Below are positions 10,643 to 20,058 of a stretch of DNA of 55,594 nucleotides, piece after piece (within the stretch, counting starts at the first letter, position 1; every line of letters starts with the position of its first letter). Under the pieces are notes generated by a model. The model searched no databases and had not been told where the DNA came from. It saw only the letters and a list, made by a program, of their open reading frames with translations. Origin of the DNA: Deltaproteobacteria bacterium. Its GTDB lineage: Bacteria; Bdellovibrionota_C; UBA2361; SZUA-149; JADLFC01. Location: positions 1 through 55,594 of the forward strand of contig JADLFC010000017.1 in NCBI GenBank assembly GCA_020845775.1. The letters are read 5' to 3'. The position numbers and the translations under genes are program-made.

Positions 10643-11188
10643 ATGGCGTTTGTCGATGTCAATAGCGAACTTTGGCGCGAGCTCGCTTCTCTCGCGGAAG
10701 ATGATGGCGTTACGCTTTATGACGCTGCCTTGCAGGGCAATAGTAGTGTGATTATCTACGTATGCAAGAGCGGTGGCGATGGAAAGATCGCAGGCGGCGT
10801 TAGCAGCGGAGATTGCTCAAAGTTATGCAAGAGATTGATTACTTTTTTTGCTGTAGAGGCTAGTAGGTTTGGGTTGAGCGAGGAGATGCGCATAGAAGTG
10901 TCGTCTTCAGGCATTAATCGCAATTTGCGCTTACAGCGTCATTTTATGGGCGCCGTGGGAGAAAGAGTTCGCCTAACACTTTACGGGGCGGAAACTAGTG
11001 ATGACGGCAAAAAGGTGGCTAACCGAGGAGCTAGAACTATTCGCGGAACATTGAAGGCCGCGGATGAGCTAAACATTACCGTAGAAGAGGAAGGAAAGGA
11101 CGCAACAGGGGCTGTCGTCCCATATGCGAGCATTAAGAGCGCAAGAATAGATTTTAATTTTGAGAATTGTAACGGGTTGAGGAAATAA
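10643..11188 (+). CDS. rimP: Ribosome maturation factor RimP
   Basis: 181 aa located immediately 5' of nusA. The N-domain (LYDAAL...VIIYV) and length fit RimP/DUF150. Confidence 0.8.
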   Translation: MAFVDVNSELWRELASLAEDDGVTLYDAALQGNSSVIIYVCKSGGDGKIAGGVSSGDCSKLCKRLITFFAVEASRFGLSEEMRIEVSSSGINRNLRLQRHFMGAVGERVRLTLYGAETSDDGKKVANRGARTIRGTLKAADELNITVEEEGKDATGAVVPYASIKSARIDFNFENCNGLRK

Positions 11189-11194
11189 TTGCGT

Positions 11195-12676
11195 ATGGCT
11201 ATAAAGTTTGATCTAGAACAGATCGTAAATCAGGTTGGTCGAGACAAGGGCATTAGCACTAGCGTGCTAGTATCGGCCTTGGAGTCTGCGGTGCTTAGTG
11301 CGGCAAAGAAGCATTTTGGCCACAATCTGAATCTAGAGGCTAGCTATAATTCCGATCTGGGAGAAATCGAGGTTCTAGAGTTCAAGACGGTGGTGGAGAA
11401 AGTTGACAATCCGCTTACTCAGATGAGCTGGGAAGACGCTAGGCGCGATTACGATCCCGATTGCGAGTTAGGTGACGAGATCGGCTGCAAAATCGATTCC
11501 TCAGAATTAGGCCGAATAGCGGCGCAGACGGCCAAACAGGTCATCTTTCAAAAACTTCGCGATGCCGAACGCGATGTCATCTATAGCGAGTACCGCGACC
11601 GCAAGGGCGAGATAGTAAACGGCATTGTGCAGAGATTTGAGCGCGGAAATATTATTGTTAACCTCGGCAAGACCGATGCCCTGTTGCCGGCGCGTGAGCA
11701 GATTCAGCGCGAAAGATATCGACAGGGCGATCGCATCCGTGCAATGATTCTCGACATCGCTCCGGTAAGTCGCGGACCGCAAATCGTCCTTACTCGAAGC
11801 CATCCGGAGTTTATGCGAAAGCTGTTTGAAATTGAGGTTCCCGAAATATCCGAGGGCATTGTGGAGATTAAGAGCGTTGCCCGCGAACCAGGAGAGCGCG
11901 CGAAAATCGCCGTATATTCTAACGATACAAATGTGGATCCAGTCGGGGCTTGTGTTGGGATAAAGGGCTCCAGGGTGCAGGCAGTGGTGTCTGAGTTAAG
12001 AGGTGAACGCATCGACATCGTTACCTGGACACCGGATGCTCCGAGTTTTGTCGCTAGAGGGCTTTCACCTGCGGAAGTTGTGCGCGTTATCGTCGACGAG
12101 GAGGAGCACGCGATGGAGGTCGTTGTAGCAGACGATCAGCTGTCGTTAGCAATAGGACGCCAGGGACAAAACGTTAAGCTGGCCTCAAAGCTAACGGGCT
12201 GGAGGATTGATGTGCGCAGCGAGTCAGTTGCCGAGGAAGAGTCGAAGCGAGCACGAGAGGCGCTTCAATCGATTCCCGCAATTGGTTTTGGCGAAGCAGA
12301 GCTTTTGTATCAACAGGGATATCGAACTATTCAGGAGGTGAGCAATGCGTCTGTGGAAGATCTCACCTCCATCGAGGGAATTGACGAGCTAAGAGCCAGA
12401 GACATCATCGGAGGAGCGGCTAGATTGCTGGATGAGGAAAAGGTTAACGGCAGCGGCCCTAAGTCTACTGACGAGTCGGTTGCTACGGATATAGATCAGC
12501 TGGTATTGCCGGAGGGATTCCGAGAGGTGCTAGTTAAAAACAACTTTGTGACAATTCAGAGCCTTGCTTCCATAAGTCCACAGGACTTATCTCGCGCTAC
12601 TGGCTTGCAGGAAGATCAGGCGGCAGTAGTCTGTAAGGCGACGGAGTCGTTTTTGAAATTTCAACAGAGGGTGTAG
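11195..12676 (+). CDS. nusA: Transcription termination/antitermination factor NusA
   Basis: NusA N-domain, S1 domain, two KH domains and two C-terminal acidic HhH repeats are present. The length of about 493 aa matches proteobacterial NusA. Confidence 0.95.
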   Translation: MAIKFDLEQIVNQVGRDKGISTSVLVSALESAVLSAAKKHFGHNLNLEASYNSDLGEIEVLEFKTVVEKVDNPLTQMSWEDARRDYDPDCELGDEIGCKIDSSELGRIAAQTAKQVIFQKLRDAERDVIYSEYRDRKGEIVNGIVQRFERGNIIVNLGKTDALLPAREQIQRERYRQGDRIRAMILDIAPVSRGPQIVLTRSHPEFMRKLFEIEVPEISEGIVEIKSVAREPGERAKIAVYSNDTNVDPVGACVGIKGSRVQAVVSELRGERIDIVTWTPDAPSFVARGLSPAEVVRVIVDEEEHAMEVVVADDQLSLAIGRQGQNVKLASKLTGWRIDVRSESVAEEESKRAREALQSIPAIGFGEAELLYQQGYRTIQEVSNASVEDLTSIEGIDELRARDIIGGAARLLDEEKVNGSGPKSTDESVATDIDQLVLPEGFREVLVKNNFVTIQSLASISPQDLSRATGLQEDQAAVVCKATESFLKFQQRV

Positions 12677-12705
12677 GTCGAGAGCTAAGGGGGCGTAGGT
12701 CGAGA

Positions 12706-13161
12706 GTGAGGGCAAAGCCCCAGCGCACATGTGTAGTATGCAGAAAGCGCGGCGCAAAGGAGGAGTTGTGGCGTTTCGCGTTTCGCAGAGAGTGTTTGCG
12801 CAGCGAGTCAGCAGGTTTGCGCTGCGAAAGCAGCGGCTTAAACACTGATTTGCTAAAAACTGCTAAACTAGACAGAGTTGGAAAATGTTTAGGGCGTGGG
12901 GCTTATTGTCATAAGAAGGCCGAATGCTTGTTTAGTCCCCGAGCGGCTAGTTCTGTAATTTCTTCTCTGTTGCGCGGAAGCGGCAGGGAAGTCAGTGAAG
13001 ATGCGAAGAAAACTGGTAACCGCGCTTTGTTTAAGAGGCTAAAAGGTGCCCATTTAAGTATTAGGAATCTGTTAGAGGGCGATGGGGATAACGAGGATTT
13101 GTTGATGGGATGTGAGAAGAAAGCATTTCGCCTGGGTTCGGTAAAGAGCGACGGCAGGTAA
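12706..13161 (+). CDS. YlxR/DUF448-family protein (nusA-infB intergenic RNA-binding protein)
   Basis: PQRTCVVCRKR is the YlxR signature. It occupies the conserved position between nusA and infB and has a GTG start. Confidence 0.7.
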   Translation: MRAKPQRTCVVCRKRGAKEELWRFAFRRECLRSESAGLRCESSGLNTDLLKTAKLDRVGKCLGRGAYCHKKAECLFSPRAASSVISSLLRGSGREVSEDAKKTGNRALFKRLKGAHLSIRNLLEGDGDNEDLLMGCEKKAFRLGSVKSDGR

Positions 13162-13181
13162 GGATATTGAGCAATTGAGTT

Positions 13182-16025
13182 ATGTCGAATATTAGAGTTT
13201 ACGAATTAGCCAAAGAGCTAGGGTTGGAAAATAAGGCTGTTATCGAGTTATGTGCGCAGCTAGGTATCGGCGGCAAGAGTTCTCATTCCAACTCGTTAAG
13301 CGACGATGAAGCAGATCGCGTGCGCCGTTCGGTAATTCGCGAGGCCGTGAGTAGCAGTGCCGAGGACACGGTGCGAGACGTCAAGATGAAAAATGGCTCA
13401 GGCATTGAACGTCGCATGGGCAATGTCATTAGGCGCAGAAAAAAAAGCGAGGACGAGGCTCCAGAGGGTGCGAGGTTAGACTTGGCTATTTCGAGCAGTC
13501 GTGTGGATGACTTGCGAGGTGACCTGCCGAATTATTTGGATGAGCGACGAACGCGCGAGGAGGCATTGGCCCAAGCAAACGCGCTTTTTGAACGGTCTAG
13601 CGATAATGAGCAGGAGGAAGAAGAGGTTGAGCAGCCGATTGAAGAAAAAAAATGGTCGCTCAGGTCGCCAAACCTAACTGAGATTAGCAGCCCAGAGGTT
13701 ACTGGCGCAGCTCAGCAGGCGTTGGTTCCTGAGGATGCTCAATCTCGAGAACAGCATGCAGTTCTAAATAATGGAGCTAGCAGCGAGGAATTAGGTGACT
13801 CGGAGGTAGGGGCGATAGGTATTTTCCAGGAGCAAGAACCTGCGACAGTAGATGGTGCTGAGATTAGTGGTGAGGAAGATCCACTGGATGAAGTTAGGCG
13901 TCGGCACGATGTTAGGGCGTTAAAAGTTCTTGGAAAAATCGCCCTGCCAGAAAAGGCGCCTGCTGAGAAGAAACCGGCTGTAAAAAAAGTAAAAATTGTT
14001 GAGGAATTAGAGGAGGAGGTATCGCCGTCTGCGCACAAGCCTGGAAAGCATACGCGTAAATGGGCCGATGGAGGTGCAAAGCTGGATCGCGGCGGCCTTA
14101 AACCAAAGAAACAAGTTCTAAAGAAGGACGAACTACTGGATTACGAGACGGATCGCGACGTATGGCGAAAAGGTCGAGATAGAAAACCTAAAAAGGGAAG
14201 GGCGGATGTATTGGTTCAAAAGGCCGAGGTTCGCGAGTCTGGTCCAACGAGGGCCTCTAAATTGGTGGTTAAGATCGATTCGGAAATTTCCGTTGGCGAG
14301 CTCGCAAAAAACATGGGAGCAAAGGTCGGCGATGTTATTACTAAGCTAATGAGCTTGGGCGTAATGGCCGGCGTAAATCAATTGATCGATTTCGATACCG
14401 CTACTGTCGTGGCGAGCGAATTTGGGTTTACTACAGCCAATACCGGCCATGATGAAGAGGAGTTTTTGTCTGAGCTTAAAAAGGCCGATGAAAGTGCGCT
14501 TCTGGTAACTCGGCCACCGGTTGTTACCGTCATGGGCCACGTAGATCACGGTAAGACTTCCTTGCTCGATGCTATTCGCAAGACTTCCGTTAGCGAGCGG
14601 GAAGCTGGAGGAATTACTCAGCACATAGGGGCGTACAATGTGCGCGCTCCCAATGGTCAATTCGTGACTTTTATCGACACTCCGGGGCACGAGGCTTTTA
14701 CGGCTATGCGCGGTCGCGGTGCTAAGGTTACTGACGTCGTGGTGCTCGTAGTTGCTGCCGATGACGGCGTAATGCCTCAAACTATTGAAGCGATTAATCA
14801 CGCGCGCGCAGCTGAAGTTCCAATAGTTGTGGCTGTTAATAAGATAGACAAGGAAGGTGCCAATATCGATTTCGTCAAGAGACAGCTTGCCGATCAGGGT
14901 TTAATTCCAGAGGATTGGGGAGGACAGGTGATGTTTGTCCCGGTATCGGCGCGCACGCGACAGGGTATCGATGAGTTACTAGAGGGCATTTTGTTGCAGT
15001 CAGAGATGCTCGAGCTTAAGGCAAACCCAGATAGAGCAGGCTACGGCGTCGTCATTGAATCGATGTTAGATAGAGGACGCGGCGCGGTCATTACAGTTTT
15101 GGTGAAAAATGGGACGTTAAGGGAAGGCGATGTGTTTTTAGTAGGGGCTACTACTGGTAAAATAAAAGCCTTATGGTCGCATGATGGCGTTAGGGTTAAG
15201 GAGGTGGGCCCAGGCTTTCCGGTCGAAGTGTTAGGAGTTTCGGACACCCCAGAAGCGGGAGATGAGATTTTCGTCATGGCGGATGAGGCGCAAGCGCGGC
15301 AGGTGGCGGAGCACAGGGCGCTACGCAAGCGCAATAAAGAGCTGGCGCAGAAGGGGGCTGTTCGCGGCGCAATGAGCCTGGAGACGTTTTCGGAAATGAT
15401 GAAGCAGGGAGCTGTGCATGAGTTGCCAGTTATCGTAAAGGCCGATACCCAAGGCTCAGTTGAGGCGCTTAAGGAATCGCTTGGCAACCTGCAAAGAAAC
15501 GATGTGCAGGTAAAGGTCATACATGCGGGGGTCGGTGGTATTAACGAAAGCGATATACAGCTCGCTCATTCTTCGCGTGCTGTGGTTGTCGGCTTTAACG
15601 TGCGCTTTGAATCCGGGGCTAGCGACATGGCTGATAAGTATGGAGTTGACGTGCGCTTCTTTAGAGTTATTTACGAGTTATTAGACTCTCTTACGAGTGC
15701 AATGCTTGGGCTTTTGGCGCCGACCTACAAGGAAAAGTCGCTCGGTCGAGCTGAGGTAAGGACTACTTTTAAGGTTCCAAGACTTGGCACCATTGCAGGG
15801 TCTTACGTCTTAAACGGCATTATCGAGAGGGGTGCAAATGTGCGTTTGATTAGAGATAGTCGGGTGGTGTTTGAGGGAAAAATGGCGAGCCTTAGGAGAT
15901 TTAAGGACGATGTCAAAGAGGTGGGTAGTGGGTATGAATGTGGAATTGGAATTGATGGCTACTCGGATATCAAGGATGGGGATATTATCGAAGTATATAA
16001 ACTCGAAGAAGTAAGGCCAACTTAG
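13182..16025 (+). CDS. infB: Translation initiation factor IF-2
   Basis: 947 aa. GTPase motifs [19 protein letters not shown] and NKID are present, together with the IF-2 N-terminal domain and C-terminal beta-barrels. Confidence 0.97.
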   Translation: MSNIRVYELAKELGLENKAVIELCAQLGIGGKSSHSNSLSDDEADRVRRSVIREAVSSSAEDTVRDVKMKNGSGIERRMGNVIRRRKKSEDEAPEGARLDLAISSSRVDDLRGDLPNYLDERRTREEALAQANALFERSSDNEQEEEEVEQPIEEKKWSLRSPNLTEISSPEVTGAAQQALVPEDAQSREQHAVLNNGASSEELGDSEVGAIGIFQEQEPATVDGAEISGEEDPLDEVRRRHDVRALKVLGKIALPEKAPAEKKPAVKKVKIVEELEEEVSPSAHKPGKHTRKWADGGAKLDRGGLKPKKQVLKKDELLDYETDRDVWRKGRDRKPKKGRADVLVQKAEVRESGPTRASKLVVKIDSEISVGELAKNMGAKVGDVITKLMSLGVMAGVNQLIDFDTATVVASEFGFTTANTGHDEEEFLSELKKADESALLVTRPPVVTVMGHVDHGKTSLLDAIRKTSVSEREAGGITQHIGAYNVRAPNGQFVTFIDTPGHEAFTAMRGRGAKVTDVVVLVVAADDGVMPQTIEAINHARAAEVPIVVAVNKIDKEGANIDFVKRQLADQGLIPEDWGGQVMFVPVSARTRQGIDELLEGILLQSEMLELKANPDRAGYGVVIESMLDRGRGAVITVLVKNGTLREGDVFLVGATTGKIKALWSHDGVRVKEVGPGFPVEVLGVSDTPEAGDEIFVMADEAQARQVAEHRALRKRNKELAQKGAVRGAMSLETFSEMMKQGAVHELPVIVKADTQGSVEALKESLGNLQRNDVQVKVIHAGVGGINESDIQLAHSSRAVVVGFNVRFESGASDMADKYGVDVRFFRVIYELLDSLTSAMLGLLAPTYKEKSLGRAEVRTTFKVPRLGTIAGSYVLNGIIERGANVRLIRDSRVVFEGKMASLRRFKDDVKEVGSGYECGIGIDGYSDIKDGDIIEVYKLEEVRPT

Positions 16026-16033
16026 GTTCATAG

Positions 16034-16402
16034 ATGTATAAGAAAGAGAGAAAGACCGAGAGAGTGCACGCCTTTTTAGCCGAGGAGATAAGAAGGCTTG
16101 GCGATCCCTGTTTGGGTTTTATTAGTATTACGGGAATAAAGCTGTCGCCAGACGGAAGAGTTGCGCGCATTTACTGGAGCTATTTTGGCGCAATTGGGAA
16201 CTCTGCTAATGAGTCGGCTTTTTTGAATCGCGAGGAAATTGCGGCAGTTGACGCAGCCTTAAAAAAAGCTACAAAATTTTTGCGTCGGCGAATCGGTGAA
16301 GAGCTCGAACTTAGATACGTGCCAGAGTTGATTTTTGAGTATGACAGTTCCGTAGAAACCGGAGCGCGTATAGATATGTTGCTCGAAAAGGCGGGTTTGT
16401 GA
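16034..16402 (+). CDS. rbfA: Ribosome-binding factor A
   Basis: 122 aa with the RbfA KH-like fold sequence (RVHAFLAEEIRR...VARIYWS). It lies directly after infB. Confidence 0.9.
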   Translation: MYKKERKTERVHAFLAEEIRRLGDPCLGFISITGIKLSPDGRVARIYWSYFGAIGNSANESAFLNREEIAAVDAALKKATKFLRRRIGEELELRYVPELIFEYDSSVETGARIDMLLEKAGL

Positions 16403-17391
16403 GTTTGAACAAAGAGCAATTAGCAGATATTGCGAGGCGCTTAGGTGCTTGTAAAAAAGTGCTGGTGAGCACTCATATTTCTCCCGATTCAGATGCAATT
16501 GGTTCGAGCTTTGCTCTCGCATTGGCCTTGCGTTTGCTTGGCATAGAGGTGGTAGTTTACCTCTTCGATGTCTTTCCAGAACGGATGGAGCCTTTTAGAT
16601 CTGGGGTCTCTCCAATTCATTCGATTCCAGAGAAAGAATTCGACGCCTTTGTGGGTTTGGATGCTGCAACGGCTAATCGCTTTGGGGACGATTTTGAGCT
16701 CTTGCTCAAAAGAGCAAGCCTCACGTTTAACTTGGATCATCATGTTTCAAATTCCAATTGGGCCGAGATTAATTACGTCGACTGCGAAGCAGCGGCTAGT
16801 GCGCAAATTGTTTTTTCTCTAATTAAAGAGCTTGGCGTAAGTGTAGATACTGAAATGGCGAATCTCTTGTATGCTGGTCTAGCCGACGATACTGGGAGTT
16901 TTAGGTATTCAAACGTCAATGAGAAGGTTTTTATGTGCGCTGCTGAGATCGTTAGATGTGGGGCGCAGCCTGAGCGCGTTTCAAATTGGCTGTATTATTC
17001 CGTTCCAGCTAGAGTGATGCAACTAAGAGCCTTAGCTATGGAAGTGACGAACATTATTCTCGATGGCCAGGTTGGCATGGTTGTCGTTACGAAGGAGATG
17101 CTCGATAGGTGCGGTGCCACTGCTCAGGATTCGGAAGGCATCATCGATGACGTGAGAGCTCTGCGCGGAACCATAGGAGCTGTTTTTATGCGCGAAACCG
17201 ATGATGGCTGGAAGCTAAGTTTAAGGTCCAAGGCTAGTTGCCTTAACGTACAGGACATTGCAGCAGTTTTTGGCGGTGGCGGACACTACGCAGCAGCGGG
17301 ATGCAGGATGCGCGGCAGTAGAGAGGATGTTGAAAGGAAAATTGTCGCCGAGCTCGAAAAGCATCTATGCCGTTTCCAGAAAGTGACTTAA
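16399..17391 (+). CDS. nrnA: DHH/DHHA1 phosphoesterase (NrnA-like nanoRNase/pAp phosphatase)
   Basis: DHH motifs (HISPDSDAIGS, DHH...) and a DHHA1 GGGH motif are present. It overlaps rbfA by 4 nt. Its last 7 codons, CRFQKVT*, lie inside repeat copy B. Confidence 0.85.
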   Translation: MSLNKEQLADIARRLGACKKVLVSTHISPDSDAIGSSFALALALRLLGIEVVVYLFDVFPERMEPFRSGVSPIHSIPEKEFDAFVGLDAATANRFGDDFELLLKRASLTFNLDHHVSNSNWAEINYVDCEAAASAQIVFSLIKELGVSVDTEMANLLYAGLADDTGSFRYSNVNEKVFMCAAEIVRCGAQPERVSNWLYYSVPARVMQLRALAMEVTNIILDGQVGMVVVTKEMLDRCGATAQDSEGIIDDVRALRGTIGAVFMRETDDGWKLSLRSKASCLNVQDIAAVFGGGGHYAAAGCRMRGSREDVERKIVAELEKHLCRFQKVT

Positions 17392-17490
17392 ATATTTTAC
17401 TTTTTGGAAACGGCATTTGTTGTTTATTGGCAAGCGCTTACACACTTGCTGTTTATGACATTTACAAAAATCCTTTTTGGAAATGTCATA
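17367..17490 (+). repeat. Dispersed structured repeat, copy B
   Basis: Reads atgccgtttccagaaagtgacttaaatattttactttttggaaacggcatttgttgtttattggcaagcgcttacacacttgctgtttatgacatttacaaaaatcctttttggaaatgtcata. It overlaps the nrnA stop codon. Confidence 0.9.
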
Positions 17491-17538
17491 AATAACCTTC
17501 AGCGAGGCCCCTAGGATTTATTAATATTTTTTACTTTC

Positions 17539-18486
17539 GTGTCGCAAGTAGTTCCTCAAAGTGGTGCGTTACTCGTAGATAAACCAGAAGGTCTTACGTC
17601 GTCTGCTGTGGTTCAGAAAATCAAAGCGCGCTTTGGCTTCAAGCGGCTTGGCCACGCCGGCACATTGGATCCTATTGCTACTGGCCTGCTCGTAGTCTTG
17701 TTTGGCAAAGCTACTCGCCTGCAATCGCTTCTGCTTGAAGGGAAAAAGAGTTATGAAGGTGTCTTTTTGCTAGGGAGAGCTACCGATACAGATGATATTA
17801 GTGGCAACACAATTAGTGAGGATTGCGAATTAGAACCTCTTCGCACAGCTTGCGCGAGAGATAGAGGTATCGAGCGCGAGCTCGAGAGAGCATTTGTTGG
17901 GGAGATTCTCCAGGTTCCACCAGAGTACTCGGCTATAAAAATCGCTGGCCAGAGAAGCTACAAGTTAGCGCGTCAAGGCGAAAAGGTGGTTCTTTCCGGA
18001 CGCACAGTTACTATTCATGCCATGTCGCTAGAATTTATTGACGCACCATATGAACTCGCTTACAGGATGACTGTGTCTAAGGGCACGTATGTTAGGGCTG
18101 TTGCGCGAGATATTGGCAAGTATTTGGGAGTTCCAGCGTGCGTTAAGAGCATTAGAAGAGTTGCGTCGTGCAACTTCTTAGTTAGCGAGGCTGTAACTTT
18201 GGAGAGATTGCTCGAAGCGCCATTAATACCGAACTGGTTTCTGGATATGGAGCGATTGGTAGAGCATCTTCCACGAATTACTTTTGAGGAAAGGGATTCT
18301 CAGCTTCTAAAAATGGGAAATCAAAACCCGCTTAGGACAACTCCTGCTATAGAGTCGGCAGCTGCAATCGCTTCAGGGAATGCTGAGGTAGCAGCTCTTT
18401 TTGATAACTTTAACCACTTCTTTGGCTTAGCTCGCAAGGTAGGGGCTAAGGACGGCCAAAGGTGGGAGCTTTCTTTGATCGTCTAA
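17539..18486 (+). CDS. truB: tRNA pseudouridine(55) synthase
   Basis: LVDKPEGLTSSAVV...GHAGTLDP contains the catalytic Asp motif. The start is a GTG. Confidence 0.92.
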   Translation: MSQVVPQSGALLVDKPEGLTSSAVVQKIKARFGFKRLGHAGTLDPIATGLLVVLFGKATRLQSLLLEGKKSYEGVFLLGRATDTDDISGNTISEDCELEPLRTACARDRGIERELERAFVGEILQVPPEYSAIKIAGQRSYKLARQGEKVVLSGRTVTIHAMSLEFIDAPYELAYRMTVSKGTYVRAVARDIGKYLGVPACVKSIRRVASCNFLVSEAVTLERLLEAPLIPNWFLDMERLVEHLPRITFEERDSQLLKMGNQNPLRTTPAIESAAAIASGNAEVAALFDNFNHFFGLARKVGAKDGQRWELSLIV

Positions 18487-18596
18487 GGTCTTATTTTTGC
18501 TACATTTTTCTTCTAGCTCAAGAAAACCTGGCATGGGTCGATATATTAGACTTGCAGGCAGTCGGTATAACTCTCAACAAGTAGGACTATACATGT

Positions 18597-20042
18597 ATGG
18601 CAATCCCAAACGTTAAACCTCTAGACAGGGAAAGGACATTTGCAATCGAGGAGCTGTTCTTTTCAACTACTGATGCCAAGGGAATTATTCGCTATGGCAA
18701 TAAAGTGTTTTCGAGAGTTGCTGGTTACGAGCTTGAAAAACTGATTGGAGAGCCTCACAACATCATACGGCATCCAGATATGCCGAGAGCGGTGTTTCAG
18801 TTATTGTGGGACACTATTCAGGCAGATAGACCAATAGTTGCCTATGTAAAGAACATGGCTAAAGATGGAAGCTATTACTGGGTGTTAGCAAGCGTTCTTC
18901 CGTGCAAGGGTGGATATTTGTCGATTCGCATCAAACCATCTAGTCCAATATTCGATGTCGTTAAGGCCGTATATGCTGATGTCCTCGCGACTGAAAGGGC
19001 CGTAGAGGCTGACGGTGAGCCGAATGCGCTCAAGCGTGGAATTCAGGCTGGATTGGCGCGAACACTCGAGTTGCTAAAATCCAAGGGATTTAATAGCTAC
19101 GACGAATTTATGTGGGCTATTTTTTCCACAGAAATGCTGTCTAGACGTCAGGCTATAGAAGCAAATGATAAACCCGATAAGAAGGCTTCAACCAGCTTCT
19201 CAAATGGAGCTAAAAGGAGCGATACTCCAGCGATTGACGCTAATCACAAGCTTCGTGGTTTGTTAGAAACGTGTAAAAGCCTAGATAATCACCTAAACAC
19301 CCTTTTTGGCAACGTAGGTAATTTTGAAAATCTAAACAAGCAACTGTTGCATAAATCCACCTTTATCCTAAAACTTGCCGAATCGCTAAGGCGTTTCTCA
19401 CTCAATGCCGTTGTAGAGGCTTGTCGCCTACAGGACACAGGTGCGGCGCTTACGGTAGTAGCTGAGACCATGGGTCGAAGTTCTAACGAAGGCTCAGCTG
19501 CCGTAAAGCAGTTAACGACTAGCATCGCCTCCCTAAGCAGTTCTTTGGGAGAATTGACCTTTGATCTAATCGTTCCAAAGCTTCAAGTGGAGATGATTTG
19601 TGTGTTTGTTAAGGAGCTATTGGACGAACATACTGCTGCCACAGAGCAGTCGTCGCAGAGTGAAAAAAACGATTGCGCCATAAGGGAGCATATAGAGCTT
19701 CTGGTGGATACATTGTTAGTAAGACTTAAAAAGATATCTCCGCTTCTCAACATGTTAAATAGCGACCTAAACGCTATGAATCAGCAGATTGCGGACTTGC
19801 AGAGGTTTGTGAAGGCTCTTCGCTTTATACAGTTTTCGGGAACTGTCGAAGCTGCCCGCTGCGAAGATGCGAAGTCATTTGCCCTAATATTTGACGAGGC
19901 GTTAAAGCAAATAGATGAGGCCCATAACGAATTAGCGAAATTTGCCGAGATAGTCTCGACGAATTTGCAGCAAACAAAAACGTTTGAGGCAGTAAACCGC
20001 AACATCAATTCTGAAAGCGAAGGTCTTCAGACCTTAATTTAA
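18597..20042 (+). CDS. Soluble PAS-domain protein with a diverged methyl-accepting-chemotaxis-like signalling domain
   Basis: An N-terminal PAS domain (NIIRHPDMPRAVFQLLWDTI...AYVKNMAKDGSYYWV) is followed by a C-terminal coiled-coil carrying two degenerate MCP-like segments (NAVVEACRLQDTGAALTVVAETMGR and FSGTVEAARCEDAKSFALIFDE). There is no transmembrane segment or HAMP domain. Confidence 0.55.
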   Translation: MAIPNVKPLDRERTFAIEELFFSTTDAKGIIRYGNKVFSRVAGYELEKLIGEPHNIIRHPDMPRAVFQLLWDTIQADRPIVAYVKNMAKDGSYYWVLASVLPCKGGYLSIRIKPSSPIFDVVKAVYADVLATERAVEADGEPNALKRGIQAGLARTLELLKSKGFNSYDEFMWAIFSTEMLSRRQAIEANDKPDKKASTSFSNGAKRSDTPAIDANHKLRGLLETCKSLDNHLNTLFGNVGNFENLNKQLLHKSTFILKLAESLRRFSLNAVVEACRLQDTGAALTVVAETMGRSSNEGSAAVKQLTTSIASLSSSLGELTFDLIVPKLQVEMICVFVKELLDEHTAATEQSSQSEKNDCAIREHIELLVDTLLVRLKKISPLLNMLNSDLNAMNQQIADLQRFVKALRFIQFSGTVEAARCEDAKSFALIFDEALKQIDEAHNELAKFAEIVSTNLQQTKTFEAVNRNINSESEGLQTLI

Positions 20043-20058
20043 GCGTCATGGCGTCTCT

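Noticed and set aside
18487-18596. Sigma-54-like TGGCAT at about 18530 upstream of the PAS/MCP gene
   Set aside because: There is no TTGC element at the required 12-nt spacing.
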